A DNA stretch of 64,000 bases from an uncultured Planctomycetota bacterium (GCA_963737655.1 CAVTTN010000002.1:3488001-3552000), one strand, 5' to 3'. Positions 49,257-60,125 are shown, numbered from the stretch's first letter. The notes: generated by a model not told the origin, from the sequence alone. Program-made: numbers and translations.

Positions 49257-51686
49257 TCATTGCGAGTTCGGCTTCTGGTCGGGCTGGTAGTACTCGGGCC
49301 CGGCGGGGTCGGGCGAGGCCGGATAGCGGACGTGGGCGACCACCAGGCGAATCCCTCGATGGCGATCGACCTTCGGCTTCATTTCCTGGCCCGGATGGGG
49401 GCCGTCGGCCCACGCCACCAGGCGAATTTCGCCGCGGTCCTCGGGCCCGAACGGCTGATACGAGGCCAGGCGTTCGAGGTACGGCTCCGGGTCGGTCCAG
49501 GAGGCCTTCCCGGGCAGGGGCGGGGACGTCGCCTGGCCGATCGCGACGGTCGAGGACGCCGGGATCGTCCCGAGAGCGATCCGGTCGCCGGTGGTGGTGT
49601 CGACGAGGACCGCGTCCCGAAGTTCCAGGTTCGTCCCGTTCTCGATCTTTCCCGTCTTCAGGTCGCCCGAGAGAGTGATTCCTCCGGGGAGGCTCACCAT
49701 CGCCTCGGCGCGGAACATGGCGAGGCTCCGCGGCTGGACCTGGAAGCCGTTGAGCGACGGGTCGGGCGTGCTGTCGAAGTTGGACATCGCCGACTCCTCG
49801 CCCCGGAGCGAGTGCCCCGTGTTCAGGGGGAGGGCGAGGGCGGACGGGTCGTTCGGATAGGTGATCGCGTACCGGTCGCGGCCGGTCGAGTAGACCGAGG
49901 CGAACCGGCTCAGGTAGCCGCGAGGGTGGCCTCCCTGGATCTCCAGGACGTCGATCTCGGAGACGTCGCTATCGAAGCCCATGTCGTAGGCCGCCGCCCT
50001 CTCGACCGAGATCGCGAACCCCAGGGCCAGGACCGGGACGGCGATCCAGGCCCACTCCCTCTTCCGAAGGATGAACTTGCAGATCGCCCAGTTCAGGGGC
50101 ACCAGCGCGATCAGATAGCCGAGGATGACCTTGAGGACGAACTTCGAGCCCGGGATCGTGATGCCGGAGGCCTTCTCCAGGCTCTCGCGGGCCAGGACCG
50201 GCAGGCTCTCGGGCGACGTGTCGAGCCAGGCTCCAACCGGGTCGAGCTTGTTCGGCGAGCTCGGGTCGGCCGAATCCCCCTCGGGCGGGGCCTTGGCGTT
50301 GAAGTCCCGGGCGAGGAGGCGGACCCAGGTCAGCCGGGGGCCGGGGAGGAAGTCGTAGACCCTCCGATCCTTCCCCGTTCCGTAATTCTCCTCGGGACGG
50401 CGGAGCAGGACGCGGCGGATCATGGTGTCCTGACCGGGCCAGTTCAGCAGGGCCTTGTCGTTGGGGTTGAGCGCGATCATGAGGACTCGGCCTCGGCCGA
50501 CCCGCCACTCGACGGCCAGCGTTCGCTTCTGGGCATCACCCAGGGGGATGACCGTCGCTCCCTCCTTGGGCTCCAGGCCGGCGAGGTAGACCGGCTCCCG
50601 GGCCGACGGCTTGATCGCCGCCGGGGGCTTGTTCCTCTGCGGGTTCGCGTTGGGGTCTCGGCGGATTCCCGGGGTGTCGATGAGCTCGTCGAACTCGTTG
50701 GGCCAGAGCGGAGGGCGATAGGCGGAGGACATCCCGGAGAGGTCCGCCTCGGTCAGCAGGGCGTTGGTCCCGGACGACGTGGCCGGCAAATACGGGCCCA
50801 GGACGCTGTCTTGCAGCCCCGCGAGGTTCGGACCCGAGGAAACCACGATCAACTGGCCGCCGAAATGGATCCAGTCGATCAGGGCCGAATACTGGGCGCT
50901 GCTGAGCTTCTCCGGGAGGAGGCCGTCCCACACGACGTGGCTGATCGTGGTCCACGTCAGAGGGTTCGTCGAGAGCCGGGGCCGTTCCCCGGGCTGTGGG
51001 AGGACCAGGCGATAATACCTCTGACGCTCGACCTCCATCGGGTTCTGCTCGCGGTCGCCGGAGGTGGGGAGCGTCGCCTGGATCCGGCTCCAGAACTGGC
51101 CGTAGATGCTGGGCTCGGGGCTGAGGATCGGGATCAGCATCTGGTGGGGTTCGAGCTTCTGCAGGACGGTGGACCAGCCGACCTCGCCCCGCAGGGCCTC
51201 CGGCCGGGTGAGCTCCAGGGAGAGTTCCTTGGGGATCTCGGGGAGCATGATCTGCATGGATTGCGGCTTGGGCTGGCCCTTCTGGAGCCTGACCTCGCGG
51301 CGATAGACCATCGCGTGGGGCATCCCCAGGAGGTTGATCTGCGGGCGGCCGGAGGGCAGGGTCTCCGACGTCTGCATCAGGCCGTCGAAGTCGGCGAGGT
51401 TCGCCTGCATGTCCACCGAGATCGTCGACCAGTGGTTGCGCTTCACATAAGGAAGGACGTCGAACGGCGCAATCCGGGTGATATAGATCTCGAACGGGGG
51501 GCGGGGCTTCTCCTTGGCCTTCAGCTTGGCGTCGAGCACCTCGTCCTCGCTCATCGCCTTGAACTTCTCAATCGCCGAGTCCTTCTCTTTCTCCTTCTCC
51601 TTCTCCTGGGCGAACGAGACGGCCGGAGCCATCGCCAGAACGGCGAAGGCCAGGGCGCAGGCGGGTCGGAGCAGGCGGAGACTCAT
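49257..51686 (-). CDS. large membrane-anchored ABC accessory protein
   Basis: Signal peptide, DWIHFGGQLIV, VGRGRV, two TMs (YLIALVPLNW…REWAW). Confidence 0.7.
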   Translation of the reverse strand: MSLRLLRPACALAFAVLAMAPAVSFAQEKEKEKEKDSAIEKFKAMSEDEVLDAKLKAKEKPRPPFEIYITRIAPFDVLPYVKRNHWSTISVDMQANLADFDGLMQTSETLPSGRPQINLLGMPHAMVYRREVRLQKGQPKPQSMQIMLPEIPKELSLELTRPEALRGEVGWSTVLQKLEPHQMLIPILSPEPSIYGQFWSRIQATLPTSGDREQNPMEVERQRYYRLVLPQPGERPRLSTNPLTWTTISHVVWDGLLPEKLSSAQYSALIDWIHFGGQLIVVSSGPNLAGLQDSVLGPYLPATSSGTNALLTEADLSGMSSAYRPPLWPNEFDELIDTPGIRRDPNANPQRNKPPAAIKPSAREPVYLAGLEPKEGATVIPLGDAQKRTLAVEWRVGRGRVLMIALNPNDKALLNWPGQDTMIRRVLLRRPEENYGTGKDRRVYDFLPGPRLTWVRLLARDFNAKAPPEGDSADPSSPNKLDPVGAWLDTSPESLPVLARESLEKASGITIPGSKFVLKVILGYLIALVPLNWAICKFILRKREWAWIAVPVLALGFAISVERAAAYDMGFDSDVSEIDVLEIQGGHPRGYLSRFASVYSTGRDRYAITYPNDPSALALPLNTGHSLRGEESAMSNFDSTPDPSLNGFQVQPRSLAMFRAEAMVSLPGGITLSGDLKTGKIENGTNLELRDAVLVDTTTGDRIALGTIPASSTVAIGQATSPPLPGKASWTDPEPYLERLASYQPFGPEDRGEIRLVAWADGPHPGQEMKPKVDRHRGIRLVVAHVRYPASPDPAGPEYYQPDQKPNSQ

Positions 51687-51828
51687 GGCGGGCCTCGGGA
51701 TCGTCGCGATCGGGCCGGTCGCGGGCGAGGAGAGTATCTCGGACCAGTGTAGCGGCCCGGCGAGACGCCAGGAAGGGGCCCGGGGCGTCAATCCGAAAGA
51801 ATTGGGAATCGGCACGGGCGATTTCGAG

Positions 51829-52419
51829 CTAGGGGGCCGTCCATCGCGAGTAATCTTCGGGGGTGTCGAGGTCCGCGGCGGCCGTCGGGTCGGCCCACGG
51901 CACCTCGACGACGGCGAGCGGGCGGTCGCGGACCAGGGCGTTGATGCCCACCTCCGCCGGAAGCCCCCGAATCTCCTCGGCGATCGCCCAGGGCAGGCCG
52001 AGGGGATGCCCTCGACGCTCGCCACATCGCGGGACCACGATCCGGTTCGGCTCGATCTTCATTCGTTCGACGACCGCCGCCACCAGCTCGCAAGTCATCC
52101 CCACGGAGTCGGCGGGGGCAAGCAAGATCCCCAGGGGACGGACGGGATCGAGCGCCAGGTGGGCGACGCCTTGCTCGACGGTGCTTCTCATGTCGGGGGA
52201 CGGGGCTTGGAGAGCCATGGTCTCGGCCCCGTGCTCGGTCGCGACGCGGGCAAGCTCCTCCGCGTTCGGCGGACAGACGACCAGGACGCGATCGGCCCCG
52301 CCCTCGCGAAGGGTTCGGATCACCCGGCCGATCAGGGGTTCGCCGCGAACGTCCAGGAGGAGCTTGGGACGGCCCATCCGCCGGCTCGATCCGGCCGCCG
52401 GGACGATCGCCGCGATCAC
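51829..52419 (-). CDS. MocA/MobA-like nucleotidyltransferase
   Basis: Motifs AAGSSRRMG.PKLLL, RGHP, DLDTPEDY. Confidence 0.9.
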   Translation of the reverse strand: MIAAIVPAAGSSRRMGRPKLLLDVRGEPLIGRVIRTLREGGADRVLVVCPPNAEELARVATEHGAETMALQAPSPDMRSTVEQGVAHLALDPVRPLGILLAPADSVGMTCELVAAVVERMKIEPNRIVVPRCGERRGHPLGLPWAIAEEIRGLPAEVGINALVRDRPLAVVEVPWADPTAAADLDTPEDYSRWTAP

Positions 52420-53480
52420 CGGACGGCCGCCGCCAGGGGCAAGATCGCCTCCGACGCCCCCGGTCCGAGGTTCCTCCGGGCGATCAGCTCGGCCACGATG
52501 CTCACGGCGATCTCGAAGACCGAGACCGAGCCGATGTCCAGCCCGACCGGGGCCGAGACCCGCCGGAGGGCGGCCTCGGAAACGCCGAGCTCGCGGAGGT
52601 TTTCGACGATCATCCGCACCTTGCGGCGGCTGCCGATCATCCCGACGTAGGCCGCCGAGGTCGGGGCCAGGCAGGCCAGGGCGTCCTGGTCGTGGCCGTG
52701 GCCCCGGGTCACGATCAGGGCGAAGTCGCGGAACGAGAGGTCCAGGGTGCGGAGGGTCTCGTCCATCGGCCCGACGAGGATCTTTTCGGCGGAGGGAAAT
52801 CGTTCGGGACTGGCGAACTGGCGGCGGTCATCCACGACCCAGACCCCGAACTCGGCCCGAGCCGCCAGCTCGGCCACCGCCTGGCCCACATGTCCGGCCC
52901 CCACGATCACCAGGCGCACCCGGGGCGACCAGGGAAGGTACGCCACCCCGCCGCGAACCGCCGGCGTGGGTCGATTGCCGAGGAGCCCGGACGCGGTCCT
53001 CACCGACGACGCATCGGCCGGGAAGCTCGTTAGGGGCTCGCCCGAGACGTCCAGGATCGCCCGATCGCCGACCCGACCGGCCGCCGGATCGACCACGATG
53101 GCCTCGGTGAAGCCCCGGCCGGAGTCGTCCGCCGCCAGCATCGCCCGGAAATACTCGGCGGCACCGGCGCCCTTCAACGCTTCCACCAGGACCGCCAGCT
53201 TCCCTCCGCAGACCAGGCCGTCGGCCCAGGCGGCGTCATGATCGAGGAGGTAATTCTGGATCTCGGCGCCCTCGCGACCCAGGAGCCGCAAGGCCTTCTG
53301 CTTCACCTCGGCCTCGACGCATCCGCCGCCCAGGGTGCCGATCTGGCCGCCGTCGGGGTCAACCAGCATTCGTGCCCCGGCCTTTTGAGGGGTCGAGCCC
53401 CTGGTCTCCACGACCTGGCAATGCAGGACCTCCCGGCCCTGTTCGAGCGCCGAGACGAGGCGGGTCAGGACGTCGCGCAT
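52416..53480 (-). CDS. xdhC: XdhC family molybdo-enzyme maturation factor
   Basis: Motifs GSTPQKAGA, GTLGGGCVE, CGG, GAGHVG, TRGH, YVGMIGSRRK, PVGLDIG. Confidence 0.88.
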   Translation of the reverse strand: MRDVLTRLVSALEQGREVLHCQVVETRGSTPQKAGARMLVDPDGGQIGTLGGGCVEAEVKQKALRLLGREGAEIQNYLLDHDAAWADGLVCGGKLAVLVEALKGAGAAEYFRAMLAADDSGRGFTEAIVVDPAAGRVGDRAILDVSGEPLTSFPADASSVRTASGLLGNRPTPAVRGGVAYLPWSPRVRLVIVGAGHVGQAVAELAARAEFGVWVVDDRRQFASPERFPSAEKILVGPMDETLRTLDLSFRDFALIVTRGHGHDQDALACLAPTSAAYVGMIGSRRKVRMIVENLRELGVSEAALRRVSAPVGLDIGSVSVFEIAVSIVAELIARRNLGPGASEAILPLAAAVR

Positions 53481-53673
53481 CGGGAAAAGCACCATCCGGG
53501 GACATTTGCGGGGAGATCGATCGAGCGTAGCCGGTCGCGAGGCCGGCGACAAGCCGTCGAAATCCATCCGCCGCGAGGCCCTGCCTTGCGGAGCCGGCCC
53601 TCGGCCGATACGCTCGATCGACCCGGCCCGTCCCCGCCCTCGGCGGGCCATTCTCGCGACCTGGCACCCTCTC

Positions 53674-54600
53674 GTGACCCGTCTCACTCCCCTCCGCCGC
53701 TCGGGGCGCGGCTTCACGTTGGTGGAGATCCTCGTCGTCCTGGCGATCCTGGGCGTCCTGATCGCCCTGCTGATGCCGGCCGTCCAGGCGGCCCGGGAGG
53801 CCGCCCGACGCGCCGGGTGCGGCGATCACCTCCGGCAGATGGGCATCGCCCTGCACGCGTACCACGACGCCGTCGGCGCGTTCCCGCCCGGCTACGTGGC
53901 GGTCCGCGAGACGAACCCCCTCCAATCCGCCCCGGGATGGGGCTGGGCCTCGCGAATCCTCCCGGAGCTGGAGGCCCGCCCGCTGTTCGACTCGATCAAC
54001 TTCGACTTGCCGGTGGCCGATCCGGCGAACGAGACCTCGCGGACCGCCCAGGTGGCGGCATTCGTCTGCCCGGCCGACGTGAAGACGGGCCCGTTCTACG
54101 TCCTGAGGACCGATCGGAGCCGCCTGACCGACGCGTCGTCGCCCAGTTACGCCGCCTGCTTCGGCCAGGCTGGCGACCCCACCGACGACCCCGAGGCCGG
54201 CGACGGCCTGTTCGTTCGCAACCTCGCCCGGAGGATCGCGGAGGTCACCGACGGCACCAGCGCGACGATCGCCCTCGGAGATCGCGGCTCGATCCTCTCA
54301 AGAGCCCCCTGGGCCGGGGTGATCAACGGCGCGGCCCTGTTCGTGACGCCCGGCATCGCCAGCCAGAGCCAGACGGTCCGCCGGGGGGCCTATCAGGTGC
54401 TCGCGCAGGTCGGGATTCACCCGTTGAACTCGACCGATTCCGACCCCGCCGACTTCTTCGGCCCCCATCCCGGAGGCGCCCAGTTCCTCCTGGCCGACGG
54501 CTCCTCCCGGTTTCTCAGGAGCACGATCGACCCGAACGTGTTCCGGGCCCTGGCCAGCCGATCGGGGGGCGAGGTGATCTCGGCCGAGGGGATCTGGTAA
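53674..54600 (+). CDS. DUF1559 prepilin-type protein
   Basis: GFTLVEILVV…PAVQAAREAARR and HPGGAQFLLADGS. The start is inferred. Confidence 0.92.
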   Translation: MTRLTPLRRSGRGFTLVEILVVLAILGVLIALLMPAVQAAREAARRAGCGDHLRQMGIALHAYHDAVGAFPPGYVAVRETNPLQSAPGWGWASRILPELEARPLFDSINFDLPVADPANETSRTAQVAAFVCPADVKTGPFYVLRTDRSRLTDASSPSYAACFGQAGDPTDDPEAGDGLFVRNLARRIAEVTDGTSATIALGDRGSILSRAPWAGVINGAALFVTPGIASQSQTVRRGAYQVLAQVGIHPLNSTDSDPADFFGPHPGGAQFLLADGSSRFLRSTIDPNVFRALASRSGGEVISAEGIW

Positions 54601-54658
54601 GATCCGGGCCTCGCGAACCTCGATCGAGACCTCCCGGAGCGGGCCCCGCTCGATCCTC

Positions 54659-55249
54659 ATGACGACTTCGCCCCATCTGATTCTCGCCAGCGCCTCCCCC
54701 CGGCGAAAGCAGCTCCTGAGGGACTCCGGCTATTCGATCGAGGTCGATCCCTCGGGCATCGACGAGCCCGAGCCGAGCGGGCCGACCGACGTCCGGCTCT
54801 ACGTGGCCGAGCTCGCCTGGCGGAAGGCGTTCACGGTGGCCTCGCGCCGCTCGGATGGGCTGATCCTCGCCGCCGATACCGCCTGCGCCGTCGCCGGGGA
54901 GATCCTCAACAAGCCGATCGACCGCGACGACGCCGATCGGATGATCCGGCTCCAGGAAGGGCGGGATACGGACGTGGTCACGGGATTGATCCTGTTCCGG
55001 GTCGAGACCGCGGACTGGGTCGGCGCGATCGAGACCAGCACCGTCCATTTCCGGAGGCTGACCGACGCCGAACGGCTCGACCATCTCGACTCCCGGCGAT
55101 GGGAAGGCAAGGCCGGGGCCTACGGGGTCCAGGACCAGGACGACTACATCCGGGTGGTCCGGGGGAGCTGGTCGAACGTGGTCGGCCTGCCGATGGAACG
55201 GCTCGCGAAACTCCTGGCGGATCACCCGTCGCTCCGCGATCCTCGTTGA
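54659..55249 (+). CDS. maf: Maf family nucleotide pyrophosphatase
   Basis: Motifs LASASPRR, AADT, KAGAYG.Q, NVVGLP. Confidence 0.92.
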   Translation: MTTSPHLILASASPRRKQLLRDSGYSIEVDPSGIDEPEPSGPTDVRLYVAELAWRKAFTVASRRSDGLILAADTACAVAGEILNKPIDRDDADRMIRLQEGRDTDVVTGLILFRVETADWVGAIETSTVHFRRLTDAERLDHLDSRRWEGKAGAYGVQDQDDYIRVVRGSWSNVVGLPMERLAKLLADHPSLRDPR

Positions 55250-55316
55250 TCAAAGGCGGCTGAAGTTGCTACGCTGAACGGCGGGGAGCCCGACCGCCGA
55301 CCCGAAGAGGACCGCG

Positions 55317-56372
55317 ATGACGACCATGGATACCGTCGAAACGTCCGCCGTCCCTCTCCCCAGGCGGCTAGTCCGGGTCTGGGCCTTGCCCCTGGTCCTG
55401 GGGACCGTCCTGGCCGGGGCCTTCCTGATCTTCCAGAGGGCCAAGGCGCCGATGAACCAGGCGATCGAGCCCCGGCCGGCCCGGATCGACGGCGACCGCG
55501 CGTATGACTACCTCAAGAAGCTCTGTGCCTTCGGGCCCCGCAAGGGCGGCTCGGCCGCCAACACGAAGCAGAGGGAGTACGTCGCGGCCCACTTCAAGGC
55601 GAACGGGGCGACGCTCAAGGAGCAAAAGTTCCGGGCCCCGGACTATGCGATCCCGAGGCGGCCGGTCGTGGCCGAGATGGTCAACCTGATCGGCTCGTGG
55701 CACCCGGAGAGGACCGAGCGCGTCGTGATCGCCGCGCATTACGACACCCGCCCCTATCCCGACATGGAACCGGACCCGGACCGCCGAAAAGGGCCGTTCC
55801 TCGGCGCCAACGACGGCGCATCGGGCGTGGCCGTGCTGATGGAGATCGCCAACAGCCTGAAGGACTTCGAGACGCCCTGGGGCGTGGACCTCGTCCTCCT
55901 CGACGGCGAGGAATTGCTCTACGAGTTGGACGACGGTTCGCGCCTCGGCGAATTCTTCCTCGGCTCCAAGGAGTTCGGCCGGAGGTACAAGGCCGAGAAA
56001 CGGACCGGCAAGACCCGATACGTCGCCGGGTTCGTCCTGGACATGGTCGGCGACCGCGAATTGACGATCCCGATGGAGCCGATGAGCCTGAAGCTGGCCG
56101 GGGGCCTGGTCCGCGAGGTCTGGACGGTCGCCGGGAAGGTGGACGCCCCGGCCTTCGTGGACAACGTGGGCCGGGAGGTCATGGACGATCACCTCCCGAT
56201 GAACGACGCCGGAATCCCCACCATCGACATCATCGATTTCGACTACCCGCAATGGCACACCGCCGACGACCTGCCCGAATTCTGCTCGGCCGACAGCCTG
56301 GCGCAGGTCGGGCGAGTGGTCACGGGCTGGCTGAGCCTGCCGCCGAAGCAGGCGGCGAAGAAGAAGCGCTAA
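55317..56372 (+). CDS. M28 family peptidase (glutaminyl-cyclase-like)
   Basis: Motifs AHYDTRP, GANDGASG, DGEE, LDMVGD, DDH, WHT; N-terminal TM. Confidence 0.88.
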   Translation: MTTMDTVETSAVPLPRRLVRVWALPLVLGTVLAGAFLIFQRAKAPMNQAIEPRPARIDGDRAYDYLKKLCAFGPRKGGSAANTKQREYVAAHFKANGATLKEQKFRAPDYAIPRRPVVAEMVNLIGSWHPERTERVVIAAHYDTRPYPDMEPDPDRRKGPFLGANDGASGVAVLMEIANSLKDFETPWGVDLVLLDGEELLYELDDGSRLGEFFLGSKEFGRRYKAEKRTGKTRYVAGFVLDMVGDRELTIPMEPMSLKLAGGLVREVWTVAGKVDAPAFVDNVGREVMDDHLPMNDAGIPTIDIIDFDYPQWHTADDLPEFCSADSLAQVGRVVTGWLSLPPKQAAKKKR

Positions 56373-56390
56373 TCGGCCGGGTCGCTCTTC

Positions 56391-56451
56391 GTAGGGCAGG
56401 CCTCGGCCTGCCGTCCCCCCGCCGAATGCGGCAGGCCGAGGCCTGCCCTAC
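56391..56451. repeat. GTAG-type REP dimer, perfect 23-bp arms
   Basis: GTAGGGCAGGCCTCGGCCTGCCG / CGGCAGGCCGAGGCCTGCCCTAC. Confidence 0.92.
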
Positions 56452-56475
56452 CTAGAAACCGCGGATTCTTCCATC

Positions 56476-56510
56476 GAAAAGGCCCCGAGGATTCTTCCCC
56501 GGGGCCTTCT
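56476..56510 (-). terminator. intrinsic terminator hairpin
   Basis: AAGGCCCCG…CGGGGCCTT with an A-tract on the left (U-tract on the minus strand). Confidence 0.6.
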
Positions 56511-56540
56511 CGGAATCGAACGAATGGCTTTGATGGGGCG

Positions 56541-58337
56541 TCACCGCCGCGGGTTGCCCTTGTGCTTGCCGATCGGCCCTTCGGGGGGCGGCAAGTAGCC
56601 CTTCTTCGTCCTGGCGTAGACGCCCGCGCCGAAGTCGCTGAGGACCGTCTGGTTGCCGGTGACGTACAACCGGCCGTTCTGGAGGACGCCCTTGATCTTG
56701 CCGGGACCGGCGGTGTCGTTGCCGTTGCCGTAGATCGAGTCGTTGGGCCGGTACGTCGAGGTGACGACCGAATCGACGAGGTCGCCCCTCTGCTTGTAGT
56801 GCTTGATCTGCGACTTCGCCCGGACCGGCTCCAGGCCGGCGGTGAACGACGAGTAGTCGTACCCCGTGTTGATCTCGCTGTTCTGGCTGGTCCCGACGAC
56901 GTGGACTTGCCCCTGCGACTTCGACGACACGATCGCGGCGTTGACCAGGGCCTGGCCGGGCCGAGCGTAATACTTCGTCGTCCCCTGGCGGTCGGCCTGG
57001 GCGGTGGTCGGGTCCTGTCCGGTCTGGAGGATCTGGTTGGACGGCCCGACGACCGTCTTCTTGATCTTCGTCGAGGTCACCAGGGTGCCGATCAGGCCGC
57101 GGCTCGGGTAGCCGGCCTGGGCCGCGTTGTAACCGTACTGCGTCGCGTTCAGGGGGCTTCCGACCGCGCTGCCGGCCCCCTTCAGGAGCCTCAGCCTCTT
57201 GATCGGCCCGTTGACGTCCAGGCCGAGGGCGTCGGCCGTCCCGCCGAAGTCGGCGGTGCCGAGGTGGTCCAGGCCGCTGGTCCCGTTGGCGAACGGCTGG
57301 GTGGTCTTGGCGATCGCCGGGGCCGCGTTCTGGCCGTCCTGGGCCTGGAACGGCGTGCCCGCCCGGCTGGCCGTGAGGTTCCGGGCCGACCCGGCCACGC
57401 GGAGGTGGTCGATCCCCGTCGCCCGGATGGCCGTCCGGCCGGTCACGTCGACCAGCGGGAAGTTGAACTCGAACCCGCCGGTGATCGTCTCGGCCGTGGC
57501 CGACGTGATGTTCAGCGCGTGGAGGTTGCCGTTGACCAGGATGTTCACGCTCGGGTTGGTCTGCGGCCCGAGGCCCTCCTGCGAGGTGGACGTCGAGTCG
57601 ATCACGGTGTTGAAGATGCTGTTGAGCGTGATCGTCGGCGACTGCTTGAGCGGCGTGTTCGGGTCGCCGATCTGGATCTCCAGGGGCTGGTCGGCCCCGC
57701 TGCCGTTGCCGGCCAGGTCGGTGGTGTTCTCGATGTTGTTGAAGGACAGCGTCTTGACGCCGCCCGGCAGGTAGATGGCCGGGCCCGTGTTGTTCGGCTG
57801 GCCGGGCGTCAGGTCGATCGTGTCGGTCAGGTTGAAGCCGTTCAGGATGATCGAGTGGACGCCCGTCTGGGCGATCAGGTGCTCGAACGTGATCGTCCCG
57901 GTCGTGGGGTTGATCACGTTCTGGGCGGTGGCGGTGACCTGGCCCGTCACATACGTCGTGTGGGGGTTGCTGCCGACGATCTGGATCGTGTCGAGCGAGT
58001 CGTCCAGCGCCCCGTCATTGGGCGTGGTGTCGGTCACGATCAGGTAGCCGGGGCCGTGGAGCGTCAGCGTCCATTGGTCGCCCTGCCGATCGGTCCCGTT
58101 CAGGAACCGGCCCTGGTTGTCCAGGTACGAGAGCTGCAAATCGCTCTCGCCCAGGGGGTGGGCCACTGAGATCTTGGGCAGGGACGGGTCCACGGTCCTC
58201 TGCGCCGGGGTCGCGAACGAGTAGTAATTGACCGCCCCGGGAGGCAGGGTCATGAGTTGACGGCTCTCGAGCGCCTCGAGCATCGCCGGCCGCGACGCGC
58301 CGGGTCGTCCGGCCCGGTTCCTCGTCCATCGTTTCAT
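56541..58337 (-). CDS. secreted planctomycete protein with LESRQLM leader, Thr/Gly/Asn-rich
   Basis: Basic N-terminus plus MLEALESRQLM; host-like codon usage. Confidence 0.8.
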   Translation of the reverse strand: MKRWTRNRAGRPGASRPAMLEALESRQLMTLPPGAVNYYSFATPAQRTVDPSLPKISVAHPLGESDLQLSYLDNQGRFLNGTDRQGDQWTLTLHGPGYLIVTDTTPNDGALDDSLDTIQIVGSNPHTTYVTGQVTATAQNVINPTTGTITFEHLIAQTGVHSIILNGFNLTDTIDLTPGQPNNTGPAIYLPGGVKTLSFNNIENTTDLAGNGSGADQPLEIQIGDPNTPLKQSPTITLNSIFNTVIDSTSTSQEGLGPQTNPSVNILVNGNLHALNITSATAETITGGFEFNFPLVDVTGRTAIRATGIDHLRVAGSARNLTASRAGTPFQAQDGQNAAPAIAKTTQPFANGTSGLDHLGTADFGGTADALGLDVNGPIKRLRLLKGAGSAVGSPLNATQYGYNAAQAGYPSRGLIGTLVTSTKIKKTVVGPSNQILQTGQDPTTAQADRQGTTKYYARPGQALVNAAIVSSKSQGQVHVVGTSQNSEINTGYDYSSFTAGLEPVRAKSQIKHYKQRGDLVDSVVTSTYRPNDSIYGNGNDTAGPGKIKGVLQNGRLYVTGNQTVLSDFGAGVYARTKKGYLPPPEGPIGKHKGNPRR

Positions 58338-58640
58338 CCGAAGACTCCCTTCGCGATGCGTACCGCGCCGTGCCCCATCGTGTCTTCGCATCCTTGCCCG
58401 TTCATCCTGGTCGGATCGTGCCGAAGGGGGCGACTCGGCCGGTCGTGACGACCTTCCTCGGCTCCAACCCATGACGGCGCAACGATCTCGGTTCACTCCA
58501 GGGATTCGGCACGGGCCGCGCGAGGGCTGAAGGGCCCTCCGTCAATTCGGCGGCCCGCGATGACGAGGACACGGCCAGGAACGGTTCGTCCGATCGGTCC
58601 GAGGACGACGGCCGGACGCGTCGCCACGACCGCAACGGCC

Positions 58641-59138
58641 TCAGCCCGCCTCGTTCGTCGCCTGACTCGCATGGAGGGCCGAATGCGCGGCCTCATCGGC
58701 CGGGCGAGTGTCGCGACCCTTCTTGACCGTCAGCTCGATCCGGTCCAGATACTTGACATTCGCGCAATCATCAAGCTCGCTCGTGTGACACGCCGACGGG
58801 TCGCGAATCAAGAACCGGACCGGCCCGCCTCGCTCGCGAGGCAGAGGGCCATCCCCGAGGCGATACACCAGGAACGCCTCCGACCGGATCGGCCCGAGCG
58901 GCACCGAGACGTGGAAATCGTCGCGAGACGCGTGGAGCGTCACGTAATTCGCCTCCGGCCTCGGCCGGGCCATCGTCAGCAACGCCTCGAACGAGACGGC
59001 GCCGCCCTCCTTCCTCGAAGGGAACCCCGACACGTCGCGGACCTGGTCCTCGTCCGGAATCGCCGAGAAATCCTCGAAGGCCAGCCGCAACGGGCGTTCC
59101 ACCGCGCCATCGACGATCAACGAAACGCTCGGTTCCAT
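58641..59138 (-). CDS. molybdopterin-oxidoreductase-like small domain protein
   Basis: VDGAVERPLRL and GGPVRFLI…CANVKYLDRIEL; own SD (GAAGGAG) before the ATG. Confidence 0.7.
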   Translation of the reverse strand: MEPSVSLIVDGAVERPLRLAFEDFSAIPDEDQVRDVSGFPSRKEGGAVSFEALLTMARPRPEANYVTLHASRDDFHVSVPLGPIRSEAFLVYRLGDGPLPRERGGPVRFLIRDPSACHTSELDDCANVKYLDRIELTVKKGRDTRPADEAAHSALHASQATNEAG

Positions 59139-60125
59139 CACGCTTCTCCTTCCGAGGAGACGAACGGGTCGCCCGAATCCCTCGCGCCGGGCCAGGACGA
59201 TGGCGCCCGAGATCGGCTCTTCGACCCTCCGGGCCACCGTCGCGAACCCCGATCGCGCCAGCCCCTGCCGAAGGGCCCGGGACACCGGCTCGGACGACAG
59301 CACGAACCCTCCGGCGATCGCCAGGGGCAGCCCCTCGCGAGCCAGTCCCAGCCGCTCGGCCACGGCCCGGGCGGCGTCGGCCAGCCCCTCCCCGGCGGGT
59401 TCCAGGAGTTCACGGACGATCGCCGGATCGGATTTCGACGCCCTGACGACCGCCCCGGCCAGCGCCGCGATCCGGGAGCGATCGAACCCCGGGCCATAGA
59501 TCGTGCTGACCAGGCCCGACGGGTCCGCCACCCCGGCGGCCGAGCAAATCAAGGAGGTTAAGATGTCTCCATGAGTCCCGCCGGGAAGCCGCCCATCGAA
59601 CCGCCCGGCCACCCGCCGCAACGCGGCCACGGCCACGCCGTATCCGCTGCCTTCGTCCCCGAAAACGTGGCCCCAACCGCCCGCTCGGGCGGTCCGGCCG
59701 TCGGGCGATCGTCCGACCGCGATCGAGCCGGTCCCGGCGATCACCGCCACGCCCCAGCCCTCGGGCGTGCCGGCGGCGAGCACCAGCTCGCCATCGTTCA
59801 CCAGGATCAGCCGATCGAAGAGCCCCGCCGATTCGCCCCACTCGACGAAGACTTCCCGGTCCTCGGGCCGATCGATGCCCGCGAGGCCCAGGCACGCCAC
59901 CTCCGCCCCTCGGACCGGCCGACCGGTCGCCGCAAAGGCCTTCTGGATGGCCGATTCCAGCGCCATCAAGGCCGCCGAAAGCCCCACGGCCTTGATGTTC
60001 GACGCCCGATCCTCGACCCCGCGGCCGATCACGTTCCCCGCCTCGTCGGCGACCCACGCCACGGTCTTCGTCCCGCCGCCATCGACGCCCAGGAGGGGCG
60101 CGCGAACCCCGGGTGGAACCGTCAC
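59138..60125 (-). CDS. BadF/N-acetylglucosamine kinase family ATPase
   Basis: Motifs GVDGGGTKT, GLAG, ND, IAGTGS, AGGWG..GDEGSG. The 3' end is uncertain because it reads through into the next gene. Confidence 0.85.
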
